In this document: positions 9,311-19,257 of the stretch, in pieces
Numbering within the stretch: position 1 is the first letter of the stretch
Layout of the letters: each line of letters begins with the position of its first letter
From: Candidatus Poribacteria bacterium
GTDB taxonomy: Bacteria > Poribacteria > WGA-4E > WGA-3G
Length of the DNA stretch: 64,000 nucleotides
NCBI GenBank assembly: GCA_965242965.1
Contig: OZ251518.1
Coordinates: 2,240,001-2,304,000 of the forward strand
Reading direction: 5' to 3'
Program-made: the position numbers and the translations under genes
Notes under the pieces: model-generated
Database searches by the model: none
The model's input: only the letters and a program-made list of their open reading frames with translations
What the model was told of the DNA's origin: nothing

Positions 9311-10831
9311 ATGCAAAGAATCTTTGGAATCGAAACGGAATATGGCATCACGCTTGAAAATGCGGAGCACATCGACGCGGTCAAAGAATCCATCGCGCTG
9401 ATCCAGAGTTATCGGCGTGAGGACTTCCGGCCGATGTGGGACTACGGCGGCGAAGACCCGTTTCGTGATGAGCGCGGCTTCCGGGCGAAGACGCTCTCCA
9501 ATCATCCCGATGAGAAGGAGGCGGAGAAACGCGACCGGCTGCACAATCTCTCCTTCGCGGAAATCAAGAGCGACCGGATTCTCGGCAACGGCGCGCGACT
9601 TTACAATGACCACGCGCATCCGGAGTATTCCACGCCGGAATGCTGCAGTCTGTTCGATCTGGTGGCGCACGACAAAGCAGGCGAACGTATCCTGCAGCGA
9701 TGCGCCGAAACCCGCAGCGAGCACCTCGGAAAGCGCGTGTTGCTTTACAAAAATAATACCGATTTCCACGGGCATAGCTACGGCTGCCACGATAACTATC
9801 TCATGGCACGTGAGGTGCCGTTTGAATACCTCAAGGAGTGCATTCTACCGTTCTTCGTCACGCGGCAGATTTTCGCCGGTGCTGGGAAACTCGGCATTGA
9901 AACGGAAGCCGGGCTCGCGACACCGGGGCATTTTCAGTTGGCGCAGCGTTCTGATTTCTTTCACGTTGAAGCAAGTATCGACACGATGCACCAGCGTCCC
10001 ATCTTCAATACGCGAGATGAGCCGCACGCCGATGCCACTAAATATCGCAGACTGCACGGAATCGTCGGCGATGCAAACATGTCTGAATACGCAACAGCGT
10101 TGAAAATCGGCACAACCGCGCTCGTTATCGCGCTGATCGAGGCACGCAAAATTCCAATGGAATTGGCTCTCGCGAACCCGATTGACACCATCAAAACTAT
10201 CTCGCACGACCAGGGATATCGGTGGCTCGTCACAACGGCAACGGGAAAGACGATGTCCGCGATCGACCATCAGCGTGAATATCTCGCCATTGCCAGCAAG
10301 TATTTTGCCGAATCGGACGTTGCGCACCAATACGAAGAATTCGAGTTTGACTGGGTGCTAACTGAATGGGAGGATACGCTAAACACCTTGGAGAAGGACC
10401 CGATGTTGCTCACCGACCGGCTCGATTGGGTGGCAAAGAAATGGCTCTTGGAAACCTTCGCCGAGGAAGAGCAACTGGACTGGGATGACCCGTGGCTGCA
10501 GAGTCTCGACCTGGAATACCATAACGTCGATCAAGAGGAGAGTCTCTTCTATGGGGTGCCGATGCGGCGCGTTGTGACTGACGAACAAATCGACGCGGCC
10601 ATCCATGCACCGCCGGCAGGAACGCGTGCCTATTTCCGCGGCAACGCCATCAATCGGTTCAACGAATGCATCAAGGCAATCCAGTGGGATAGCATTACCT
10701 TCCAGGTCAACAGCCGCCCTGTCTCAGTGGACATAGCCGCGCTCGCCGATGCCGAAATCGCCAGCCGCTATAACAAGACGCTTGACGAATCACCGAACGT
10801 TGAAACGTTGATTGAAAAATTAGGATTGTAA
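9311..10831 (+). CDS. dop: Dop-like depupylase/deconjugase (PafA2 family)
   Basis: RIFGIETEYG, Dop loop WDY..EDPFRD.RGF, NGARLYNDHAHPEYSTPEC and YRRLH.IVGDANMSE. Confidence 0.88.
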   Translation: MQRIFGIETEYGITLENAEHIDAVKESIALIQSYRREDFRPMWDYGGEDPFRDERGFRAKTLSNHPDEKEAEKRDRLHNLSFAEIKSDRILGNGARLYNDHAHPEYSTPECCSLFDLVAHDKAGERILQRCAETRSEHLGKRVLLYKNNTDFHGHSYGCHDNYLMAREVPFEYLKECILPFFVTRQIFAGAGKLGIETEAGLATPGHFQLAQRSDFFHVEASIDTMHQRPIFNTRDEPHADATKYRRLHGIVGDANMSEYATALKIGTTALVIALIEARKIPMELALANPIDTIKTISHDQGYRWLVTTATGKTMSAIDHQREYLAIASKYFAESDVAHQYEEFEFDWVLTEWEDTLNTLEKDPMLLTDRLDWVAKKWLLETFAEEEQLDWDDPWLQSLDLEYHNVDQEESLFYGVPMRRVVTDEQIDAAIHAPPAGTRAYFRGNAINRFNECIKAIQWDSITFQVNSRPVSVDIAALADAEIASRYNKTLDESPNVETLIEKLGL

Positions 10832-10883
10832 CAACCGTCCTTTTCAGCACCTTTCGGTGCAACATGTTTACAGGAGGAATCTG

Positions 10884-11090
10884 ATGGAAATGGAAAAGGA
10901 ATCTATCATTACGCAGCTTGAACGCAAGCAGCGAGATACCAAACCGATCGGCCCCGGCGATGGCGATGGGGACAACGGCGGCCCCAAACGCCAGAACGTC
11001 AACCGGCCTGATACGCAGGAACTGCTCAAACGCATGCGCCGGGTCGACAAGGACCAGTCGCGGCGTTACCGCCAGCGGACCGGCGAGTGA
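10884..11090 (+). CDS. ubact: Ubiquitin-like protein UBact
   Basis: 68 aa with AGGAGG RBS, between dop and prcB. C-terminus LLKRMRRVD...RYRQRTGE fits UBact R[T/S]G[E/Q], not Pup GG[E/Q]. Confidence 0.92.
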   Translation: MEMEKESIITQLERKQRDTKPIGPGDGDGDNGGPKRQNVNRPDTQELLKRMRRVDKDQSRRYRQRTGE

Positions 11091-11107
11091 GGTGCAGCCC
11101 GCACCAG

Positions 11108-11297
11108 AACGTAGCGCGAGGGCCTGTCCCTCGCGAACCTACAATCTGAAGAAACGCACCGAGGAAGCCATCGAGACCGGGAGGTCTCTCCTACCTCGCG
11201 AACGCGCAGCCTGCACTGGCCCGTAGCGCGAGGGCCTGTCCCTCGCGAAGACGCAGCCCGTATCGGCCCGTAGCGCGAGGGCCTGTCCCTCGCGAAC
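11108..11297. repeat. GTAG-REP cluster
   Basis: Three copies of cgtagcgcgagggcctgtccctcgcgaa plus one atcgagaccgggaggtctctcctac. Confidence 0.9.
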
Positions 11298-11320
11298 CCA
11301 GAATATAAAGAGGAGCACCT

Positions 11321-12199
11321 ATGAATCACATCGCGACCGAGAGGACTCTCCTACCGGGCGAAAACAACCACAAAGGCGACTTTCTCAGCCTCTTAAATCA
11401 CGCGGGAATTAAGACCGGGGGCACGTCTCCCGCCAACGTTTCCGCGTCAGATGCCGTAGCAAGCGAGATTGAAATCGCGCACAGCACCACGGTCATCGCC
11501 GTGCGCTATCGTGACGGCGTGATGATTGCCGGTGACCGGCGTGCCACCGCCGGCACCGCTGTCATCTACGACAAGGCGGAGAAAGTCCTCCAGATTGACA
11601 ACTATTCTGTCCTTGCCATCTCCGGTTCGCCCGCGATTGCTTATGAAATCGCGCGGATATTGGAGCATTCGTTCCAATACTTCCGCCGCAGCCAACTCCA
11701 AGAATTGAGCCTAGAGGGCAAACTGCGGATGCTGTCGCGGCTGATTCGGGACAACCTCGCCATGGCACTTCAGGGCATCGGCGGTGTCATTCCAATCTTT
11801 GCGATTTACGACGTAAACGCTCAATCCGAATCCGAATCCGCCGAGGATCGCGAACCGTCCGCAAAGAACAGCGGCAAAATCTTCTTCTACGATGCCCTCG
11901 GTGCGCACTTTGAGAACGTCGATTTCGCCACCACCGGCTCCGGCTCCATCTGGATTCGTGGTGTGCTACGTTATCTCAACCAATGGGGAGAAACGCGCCT
12001 AGAAGAAATGGACGAACAGCAGGCGACGATTACCATTTTGCGGCTTCTTGACACGGCAAGCGAATATGATGCCGCCACGAGCGGCTATAACGCGAAGGCG
12101 AAGATCTTCCCAACCGTAAAAACCGTCACACAAGATGGAATCAGGAACGTGTCCGATGAATATCTTGAGGAATGTTACGCAGAATGCGGCCCGCAATAA
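11321..12199 (+). CDS. prcB: 20S proteasome beta subunit
   Basis: HSTTVIA, AGDRRATAG, EK, LSLEGK, TGSGS and YDAATSG. Confidence 0.92.
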   Translation: MNHIATERTLLPGENNHKGDFLSLLNHAGIKTGGTSPANVSASDAVASEIEIAHSTTVIAVRYRDGVMIAGDRRATAGTAVIYDKAEKVLQIDNYSVLAISGSPAIAYEIARILEHSFQYFRRSQLQELSLEGKLRMLSRLIRDNLAMALQGIGGVIPIFAIYDVNAQSESESAEDREPSAKNSGKIFFYDALGAHFENVDFATTGSGSIWIRGVLRYLNQWGETRLEEMDEQQATITILRLLDTASEYDAATSGYNAKAKIFPTVKTVTQDGIRNVSDEYLEECYAECGPQ

Positions 12200-12258
12200 A
12201 GCACGGAAGACGAAAACGCACCTGCCTGAAAATAGCATAACAACTGGAGATTAAGGAC

Positions 12259-15200
12259 GTGAAAAAGAAAGAGAATGTCGTCACGAGCCTCAGTGTGGAG
12301 GTGCTAGGTGCAGTCTTACCACGCGCCGCAGGCTGGGAAGTTGAAGAACAGGAAAATGTCCTAGATAGAAGCGCGAAGCATCCCGACATTGTCGTGACGC
12401 GGTTAGGACATGAAACCGTCGCCATCGATGCCAAGTGGCAGGGTGCGGCAAATCGGGGGGAGGCACATCTCAAGGAGGTCTGCGCGAAATACAAGGGACA
12501 AACGCTGACTACCGATTTCCGCGGCAAGAGCGCGGCGTTAACGACGGTGATGGTGATTCGGTATCCCGAAACCTTCAAACCTTTAAGACGGTGGGAGCTC
12601 ATCGAGGCTGTGAAGGCCGCCGATGACATTGAGTATGTGCTGGTGGGATTGTCAAAAGGGACGGATTACCGATTTCCTCAACACGGTTTCGCTAAAGGAA
12701 CGCTGAGTGACATCGCCAACGCCATTCGGTTCGGCGCAGTGCCGAGTGCGCGGATCCAAGATGCCGCAAGACAAATGGGCACCGCGGTGAAGGACGCAGC
12801 AAGTGAACTACACAAGGTGGCCAACGAACGTCAGGCTGTCGCCGCTGGATTGAACGAGATCTTGGGCGGTGAATGCGGTGAGCATGGTGAGCAGATGGCA
12901 CGAGTCGGATGCTTAATCATCATGGACGCGTTCGTTTTTCAAAACGCTCTCGCCGGGAAACCGCAGATGGAAACGGTGCGGCCGCCTGCCTACTACAAGA
13001 CGAACGGCATCGATTTGGCGGAAGTGGCGCGGGATTGGGATGCCATCCTTAAAGTCAACTACCATCCCATTTTCAACGACGCGCGGCGAATGCTCAACGC
13101 CGCACTCTGCTACGATGAAGAAAAAGCCGAGACAGTGTTAGCTAACCTGTGCAATTCCGCCTGTGAACTGATTAAGTCGCATCTGCCACAAATCCACGAA
13201 CTGGCAGGCGAGGTATTCCAGACGCTGCTCGTAGACAGAAAAGAGGTGAAGGCGAACTACACGCTACCAGAGAGCGCAACGTTAATATCGGCACTCGCAT
13301 GTCCAGGCATACAGGAAAATGCAACGCTTGAGACACTGCCGAAAGTTGCCGACTATGCCTGCGGCACCGGTGCCTTGCTCAACGGCGTTTACAAACGCGT
13401 CCAGCACCTGTGGGAGGAACAGAAAGGCGAGAGTAGTGTCGATATCCACCGCTACATGTTGGAGAACAATCTGGCGGGTTGCGATATCTTCTCTCACTGC
13501 ACACACCTGACGTTCTCGGCGATGGCGAGCGCGCATCCCGAAGTGACACTCGGCGCAACGCGGGTTATCACCGCACCCTTTGGCAAGACGAGAAACGGTT
13601 TTAAAACCGGGTCTTTGGAACTGCTGGATAACCAACTACTTGCCGCCAACATGGAAGTTTTGGGCAAACAGGCGAGCGGTAGCGACATCGCAACGGCGGA
13701 ACTCAAGCGCGAGTTCCCCAACGGCGAAATGGACATCGTTATTATGAACCCGCCGTACCTGACGAACAGCGCGGACAACGCTGCGAAAAATCCGAAACGG
13801 GTATTCGGTTCAGAATTCCGCAGTAAGGAAGAGCAGGAACTGATGCTTGAAGAACTTGGCAAAAAGCCTGCAGCGTATGGACATGGCAAAGTCCCGTATT
13901 CCTATTTTGTGGAACTGGCACATAGCAAACTGCGCGCCAGCGGGCGGATGGCATTTATTCTGCCAGTGTCAATTTTCAATATTCCAGCCTTTAAGAAAAT
14001 CCGCAAGATGTGGGCGACGCAGTACCACAACGTGAAGGTGGTGACGATATCGCAATATAGCGGACACGACAGCGCGTTCTCCGCCGCGACGAGCTTGGCA
14101 GAATGCATGATAATCGCTGACAAGGGCGTTGGTAAAAACACAGGGCGGGCGATGTTCGTATCTCTGAATGAACGTCCCGACAACTCGCTGACTGCCAATG
14201 CATTGGCGGAGCAAATTGGGGAGCGGGTGCTTACTCGGCGATTGGAAGATACCGCGCTTGGGGGAGACATCTTTAACATTGGCAGCACCAAAATTGCCAA
14301 TGCATTAGATTGTCCCATTAATGATGAGGAGTGGGAAGTTACCCGACTTAAGGCAATGTCACTGGCGCAAATTGTTTATCATTTGCGTCACGGCACCCTG
14401 CGCTTGCAAGGCATTTCCGATGCAATAGCCCTCCCAATCTGTCCGTTGGGCGCGGTGGGCAAAGTCGGGGCAAGCGATCCTGATATCAAACAACCGGGGC
14501 GGCGAGGTGCTTTTGAACTCCGTGAGAACGCAGATGGAAGGGCGAGAGAGGGATACGATACCCTTTATCAAGTAAAAAAACTTACGCTGCAGCGTTCGAT
14601 GAGAGTTGTGCCAGACCACAAGGCACTCATCAAGCCACGAAACGTGGAAAAGGCACATCGAATTCTGCGAGAACATAATAGCCGAACCCATTATCACATG
14701 TTTCTGCGCTTTAACGCGAATTCGGTGGCAGCGCATTATACCGAGTCACCGTCGATAGCTTGCGGTTCAATAACCAATCTGAAGTTGGCAGATCCGCGGT
14801 ATGATGCAGCGTGGACGCTGTGGACAAATTCGACGCTGGGTTTACTTTGCCACTGGGCGGTTGCTGGCAAGCAGCAGTCTGGGCGAGGTAAGTTAAATTT
14901 AACGGCGTTGGAGCATGTCCCAACTCTGGATGTGCGGAAACTGTCTGACGAACAACTTGACGCAGCAGATCGCGTATTCGCCGATTTGAAACATGCACGG
15001 ATGCTGCCATACAACGAATGCCGTTGGGACGCATGGCGACATGTGCTAGACGCGCGACTCCTGACAGAGGTGCTTGGGATTACCGATAGCGCGATCCCCC
15101 ATGCCATGCAAACGCTGCGAACAATGCTGTCCGACGAACCGAGCATCGCTGGAACGAAAAACAGCAAGGTAGACTTGGCAGAAGAGGGTGAGAAGCACGG

Positions 15201-15330
15201 CTACGCCGACGATGCTGAAGCACTAGCAACGCAACAATTAGCATTACAAATGCGCGGCATCGAGTTACCCGATGCAGCCGCAGAATTTGAAAAGGCAAAG
15301 GCGGAACGCAAGGCACGAAACGCCGCCTAG
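12259..15330 (+). CDS. Type IIG-like restriction endonuclease-N6 methyltransferase fusion
   Basis: N-terminal PDIVV...IDAK (PD-(D/E)XK); NYT, ADYACGTGALL (motif I) before MNPPY (motif IV), i.e. gamma order; C-terminal TRD-like region LWTNSTLG. Confidence 0.8.
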   Translation: MKKKENVVTSLSVEVLGAVLPRAAGWEVEEQENVLDRSAKHPDIVVTRLGHETVAIDAKWQGAANRGEAHLKEVCAKYKGQTLTTDFRGKSAALTTVMVIRYPETFKPLRRWELIEAVKAADDIEYVLVGLSKGTDYRFPQHGFAKGTLSDIANAIRFGAVPSARIQDAARQMGTAVKDAASELHKVANERQAVAAGLNEILGGECGEHGEQMARVGCLIIMDAFVFQNALAGKPQMETVRPPAYYKTNGIDLAEVARDWDAILKVNYHPIFNDARRMLNAALCYDEEKAETVLANLCNSACELIKSHLPQIHELAGEVFQTLLVDRKEVKANYTLPESATLISALACPGIQENATLETLPKVADYACGTGALLNGVYKRVQHLWEEQKGESSVDIHRYMLENNLAGCDIFSHCTHLTFSAMASAHPEVTLGATRVITAPFGKTRNGFKTGSLELLDNQLLAANMEVLGKQASGSDIATAELKREFPNGEMDIVIMNPPYLTNSADNAAKNPKRVFGSEFRSKEEQELMLEELGKKPAAYGHGKVPYSYFVELAHSKLRASGRMAFILPVSIFNIPAFKKIRKMWATQYHNVKVVTISQYSGHDSAFSAATSLAECMIIADKGVGKNTGRAMFVSLNERPDNSLTANALAEQIGERVLTRRLEDTALGGDIFNIGSTKIANALDCPINDEEWEVTRLKAMSLAQIVYHLRHGTLRLQGISDAIALPICPLGAVGKVGASDPDIKQPGRRGAFELRENADGRAREGYDTLYQVKKLTLQRSMRVVPDHKALIKPRNVEKAHRILREHNSRTHYHMFLRFNANSVAAHYTESPSIACGSITNLKLADPRYDAAWTLWTNSTLGLLCHWAVAGKQQSGRGKLNLTALEHVPTLDVRKLSDEQLDAADRVFADLKHARMLPYNECRWDAWRHVLDARLLTEVLGITDSAIPHAMQTLRTMLSDEPSIAGTKNSKVDLAEEGEKHGYADDAEALATQQLALQMRGIELPDAAAEFEKAKAERKARNAA

Positions 15331-15407
15331 CCGAATTAATATATGCGAGACGAACGAGACCGTAGTTCGGGAGCACCTGCTCCCGAATGGAATCGCAAAG
15401 GAAAAAT

Positions 15408-16184
15408 ATGCGAGACGAACCCTATCGCTGGATAGAAGCAATTCAAGACAGGCGCGATTATATCGAAGACCAGCTCCGACTCGGTAGTCCTGTTGTCGGA
15501 CTCGGCTATAACGAAGGCATGGTGATGCTGACTATCGGCAGGGGCCAGCGGAAAATCTTTGAGGTGCATGACAGGATTGCCCTCTCCGCTATCGGGCATC
15601 CGGCGGATATTGAACGTCTCCGGATGCTTGTGACAGATACCGCCAGCGTCCAAGGTTTTCAAAACGCCACGGAGGATGTCAACCTCCATCGCTTGACAAA
15701 CTTTGTCTTGGCGCATACCTTCAAACAGGCGTTTGAGTCAATTGTCGGTGAGGCGTTCATTATCAAAATGTTGCTCGCCGAACTCGGCAACGCGCCTGAA
15801 CAGAACCGTTGGACCTTGATTAACTACGATGGCAATGTCCGGACAGACACCGTGGCTTCAGTCATCGGCGGCACGGAGGTGATTGAGGAGCGGATGCAAA
15901 ACTACCTTGCCACCGCGCCCGCGCAGACATCTCTGGATTTGAACGCCGCGTTGCAATTCGGACTGGAAACGTGGGCAGTCGGCAGGGAATTAAGCCTCCG
16001 TGACAGCGAAGATTCGGAAGAAGAACCCGACATTGACGCGTCGCAGATGCGCGCAATAGTTGACGACGCGCTGGAAGATGGCACAATTGAGGCAGGGGTT
16101 TTAGAGACGCTGCAGCGCGGCTCGAGCAAATTCCGCCTCCTCAGTTCGGAAGAAATTGAGGCGGCATTGGAAGCGTGGCATTAA
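15408..16184 (+). CDS. prcA: 20S proteasome alpha subunit
   Basis: EPYRW..A..DR.DYI...L..GSPVV, RKIFEVHDRIA and G...DIE.LR. Confidence 0.9.
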   Translation: MRDEPYRWIEAIQDRRDYIEDQLRLGSPVVGLGYNEGMVMLTIGRGQRKIFEVHDRIALSAIGHPADIERLRMLVTDTASVQGFQNATEDVNLHRLTNFVLAHTFKQAFESIVGEAFIIKMLLAELGNAPEQNRWTLINYDGNVRTDTVASVIGGTEVIEERMQNYLATAPAQTSLDLNAALQFGLETWAVGRELSLRDSEDSEEEPDIDASQMRAIVDDALEDGTIEAGVLETLQRGSSKFRLLSSEEIEAALEAWH

Positions 16185-16193
16185 CGAACACGG

Positions 16194-16447
16194 CCGTAGG
16201 AGAGACCTCCTGGTCTCGATGCCCGTAGCGCGAGGGCCTGTCCCTCGCGATTGTTGTAAATACCGCCCGCGGTCCCGTAGCGCGAGGGCCTGTCCCTCGC
16301 GATGCAAACCGAACCGTGAAACCGTAGCGCGAGGGCCTGTCCCTCGCGATCGTTGTAAATAACGCCCGTGAAACCGTAGCGCGAGGGCCTGTCCCTCGCG
16401 ATCATTCGGCGATTCAAGCATGGCGGGGGACAGGCCCCCGCCCTACG
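16194..16447. repeat. GTAG-REP cluster
   Basis: Four copies of ccgtagcgcgagggcctgtccctcgcgat plus gagacc- and gggggacaggcccc-type variants. Confidence 0.9.
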
Positions 16448-16495
16448 ATGTGAGAGAGTTTCTTGACCCAACAAAACGTAACGACATCCGAAAAC

Positions 16496-17935
16496 ATGAA
16501 AAACCGAATCTTTGGCATCGAAACTGAATTTGGCTGTATGATGCAGCAGGAAGGGACGCGCGGTTCCTCAGAAGGCATCGCGGCGCGCGTGCGCGACTAC
16601 GTCTTCAACGCGCTGGAACTCGGCATCCGCGATATCCACTACCGCGACTGGGGAGAACCGCCCGGCAACGGCGGATTCCTCTTCAACGGCGGCCGCCTCT
16701 ACATTGATATGGGGCACTTGGAATACGCTACGCCCGAGTGCGGTTCGCTGTTTGAGCTCATCGCTTACGACAAGGCGATTGAGCGCGTCATTGTTAGGAT
16801 ATTAGAGGGAACAGGGTTACGCACCGCCTTCTTCAAAAACAACATCGACCACTTTACGGGCGCGACGTTTGGCTGTCACGAAAATTTCCAGGTCAGCCGA
16901 AGAGTGCCGTTCTATAAAATCGTCATCCCGACGCTCTTAGCGTTCTTCGTCACCCGGCAGATTTATGCAGGTGCCGGCAGAGTCGGCGCGCACGATGAAA
17001 TGGGCGAATACGCCGGCATTTATGGCGATTTCGAGGCTTTGCCCGACTACCAGATCTCGCAGCGCGCGGACCACATCGTCACCGAAATTTATGAGTGGAT
17101 TCAGTTTAGTCGCGCCATCATCAACACGCGCGATGAACCGCTCAGCGATTTCACGAAATACCGCAGGCTCCATCTCCTCGTCGGCGATTCCAATATGTCG
17201 GAATTCGCAACCGCGCTGAAGGTAGGCACCACCGCGCTGCTCCTCGCCGCCCTTGAGGAATTCCATCGGCAGCACGGTGAGAAACTCCCGCTCCCCGATC
17301 TCGTCCTCGCCGATCCGGTTTACGCTATCCGGCACGTGTCGCGGGACAGCACCTATGATTGGACGCTGGAATTGGCGACCGGCAAAACCGTCCGCGCCAT
17401 CGACTTGCAACGCGAATACCTCGATTTTGTCCAGAAATATGTCTCTGACACTCAAGAACCGGAAACGGCGTGGGTGTTAACCGAATGGGAGCAGGTGCTG
17501 GATGACTTGGAGAAGGACTGGCAGCTCGTCACCGACCGGGTTGATTGGGCAGCAAAGAGAATGCTCCTTGAGACGTTCATCGCGGAGGAAGGACTTGACT
17601 GGGATGATCCGTGGATTAAGAGCCAAGATTTGGAATACCATAACATTCATCCGGAGGGTGGGCTCTACTACGCGCTAGAAGAACAGGGCTTCATGCAACG
17701 GATTGTCACGGATGAACAGATAGAGCAGGCAATTGAGCATGCGCCAGAGGATACGCGCGCCAAGGTCCGCTCGTTTTTGATGCATAACCTCTACGAAAAT
17801 CGGATGCCGTGCATTGTCGATTGGCATCACGTTTACGCCGGGCATACGGAATGCTTTGAGATAAAAGAGCCGTTTGATACCGATTTGTCGGCGGCGCGCC
17901 GATGGCTTAAGAGGCTTCGGAAATCGCGGAAATAG
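16496..17935 (+). CDS. pafA: Pup/UBact-protein ligase PafA
   Basis: RIFGIETEFG, FLFNGGRLYIDMGHLEYATPEC, GCHENF and YRRLHLLVGDSNMSE; no Dop loop. Confidence 0.88.
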   Translation: MKNRIFGIETEFGCMMQQEGTRGSSEGIAARVRDYVFNALELGIRDIHYRDWGEPPGNGGFLFNGGRLYIDMGHLEYATPECGSLFELIAYDKAIERVIVRILEGTGLRTAFFKNNIDHFTGATFGCHENFQVSRRVPFYKIVIPTLLAFFVTRQIYAGAGRVGAHDEMGEYAGIYGDFEALPDYQISQRADHIVTEIYEWIQFSRAIINTRDEPLSDFTKYRRLHLLVGDSNMSEFATALKVGTTALLLAALEEFHRQHGEKLPLPDLVLADPVYAIRHVSRDSTYDWTLELATGKTVRAIDLQREYLDFVQKYVSDTQEPETAWVLTEWEQVLDDLEKDWQLVTDRVDWAAKRMLLETFIAEEGLDWDDPWIKSQDLEYHNIHPEGGLYYALEEQGFMQRIVTDEQIEQAIEHAPEDTRAKVRSFLMHNLYENRMPCIVDWHHVYAGHTECFEIKEPFDTDLSAARRWLKRLRKSRK

Positions 17936-18062
17936 AAAAGCACCGGCACTTTAGCAGATTTTTTTGCTTAAGGCTGGTTTATTGCGTTTTCAATATGATA
18001 AAATAGTGTTGTCAATGCAAAAAAAATGCTTGACATCATCCTACAAAGAAGGTATCATTTTT

Positions 18063-18974
18063 ATGCCACAACAATACGACAACACTGTGAAATATATCAT
18101 ATTTGAACACGCCGACGAGTTCGCACGGTTCGTCCTCGGTGACCTAAACGTTAAGGTGCTTGCAAACCTTGAGTCGGAGCAACCAACGCTCAAAGCGCAT
18201 CGGACAGATTGCACCATGCGGGTGCAATTCCCCGATGAAATCGCTATCTTTCATACCGAGGTGCAAACCCACACCAGTGGCAAACCCATTGGCATGAGAC
18301 TCGCCGGCTACAACGGCTTTCTCACCCACGCCCATGAAATGAACGTCTATTGCAACGTCCTCTACTTGCATCCGAGGGCAGGACGCAACGACACCGGGCT
18401 CTACGAATATGGGCGCGGCACGGACTATGAATTCAAACTCCGCTACAAGGTGATTCGCCTGGCGGATTTTGAAGGGGAAGCCATCTTAGAGATGCAGGCA
18501 CCGGGGCTGTTGCCGTTTACACCGTTGATGAAACCGCCGGCGCGGATGCAACCAGACCGGTGGTTAGAGAAATGTTTTGATGCGATTGCGACATCTCGGA
18601 CAGACGAGACGACGCAGCATCTGTTATTTGAGGCGGCGGGTGTATTGGGCGGGTTAGCACATGACCCGCACCGTATCCGTCATTTCTTACCGGAGGGTAT
18701 CATGTTAGAATCGGCTTTTGTCCAACTTTACATGGATGAGGCACGCGACGAGGGAAGGGCCGAGGGAAGGAACGAAGGACGGGACGAGGGGAGAATTGAT
18801 GCCATGACTGACGCTATCTTGGCGTTGCTTGGCACGGAATTCCACCCCGATGCAGTGCAGACGCTGCAACCGAAACTCGCCGAAATCAAAGATTTGCAAC
18901 GTCTCCAGCAGTTGCATCTCGCCGCGGCGCGTTCGGAGAGCCTCGAAGCGTTCATGCAGCACCTCGGCAAATAG
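18063..18974 (+). CDS. Rpn/YhgA-like PD-(D/E)XK nuclease
   Basis: YDNTVKY, RTD, FHTEVQT, MRLAGY, GLLPF.PL and EGRxEGR repeats near the C-terminus. Confidence 0.8.
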   Translation: MPQQYDNTVKYIIFEHADEFARFVLGDLNVKVLANLESEQPTLKAHRTDCTMRVQFPDEIAIFHTEVQTHTSGKPIGMRLAGYNGFLTHAHEMNVYCNVLYLHPRAGRNDTGLYEYGRGTDYEFKLRYKVIRLADFEGEAILEMQAPGLLPFTPLMKPPARMQPDRWLEKCFDAIATSRTDETTQHLLFEAAGVLGGLAHDPHRIRHFLPEGIMLESAFVQLYMDEARDEGRAEGRNEGRDEGRIDAMTDAILALLGTEFHPDAVQTLQPKLAEIKDLQRLQQLHLAAARSESLEAFMQHLGK

Positions 18975-19020
18975 CCGAAACCGAAACCGAGGCATCCGTC
19001 ATTTCTTACCGGAGGGTATC

Positions 19021-19257
19021 ATGTTAGAATCCGCTTTTGTCCAACTTTACATGGAAGAAGCACGCGACGAAGGGGAAATTGAAGCCCTGACTGACGCTGT
19101 CTTAGCGTTGCTCAGCACGCAATTCCACCCCGAGGCAGTGCAGGCTCTGAAACCAAAACTGGAAGAGATTGACGATGCGCAACGTCTCCAGCAGCTAGTC
19201 CTCGCAGCTGCGCGTTCGGAAAGCCTTGAAGCGTTCATGCAGCACCTCGGCAAATAG
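19021..19257 (+). CDS. Stand-alone diverged copy of the Rpn C-terminal domain (putative RpnS-like antitoxin)
   Basis: GGAGGG-tatc-ATG is duplicated from 18692-18704. MLESAFVQLYM...AARSESLEAFMQHLGK matches the Rpn C-terminus. Confidence 0.7.
   Translation: MLESAFVQLYMEEARDEGEIEALTDAVLALLSTQFHPEAVQALKPKLEEIDDAQRLQQLVLAAARSESLEAFMQHLGK

Noticed and set aside
9020-9401. Short ORFs made of ARGPVPR, REGQALAL or RPGGLSY peptides (also 16101-16474, 43565-43774, 45194-45430, 47180-47474, 51786-52001, 56024-56785, 60068-60310)
   Set aside because: They are translations of intergenic palindromic repeats and lack RBS or domain signal.
10857-11090. Calling the small protein Pup
   Set aside because: It ends in RTGE, not GG[E/Q], and the upstream motif matches UBact.
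16220-16402. Regularly spaced ~29-bp repeats resembling a CRISPR array (also 11108-11297, 56365-56500, 61890-62020)
   Set aside because: Spacers are short, variable and similar to one another. The same repeat is dispersed in both orientations, and there are no cas genes. These are REP-like.
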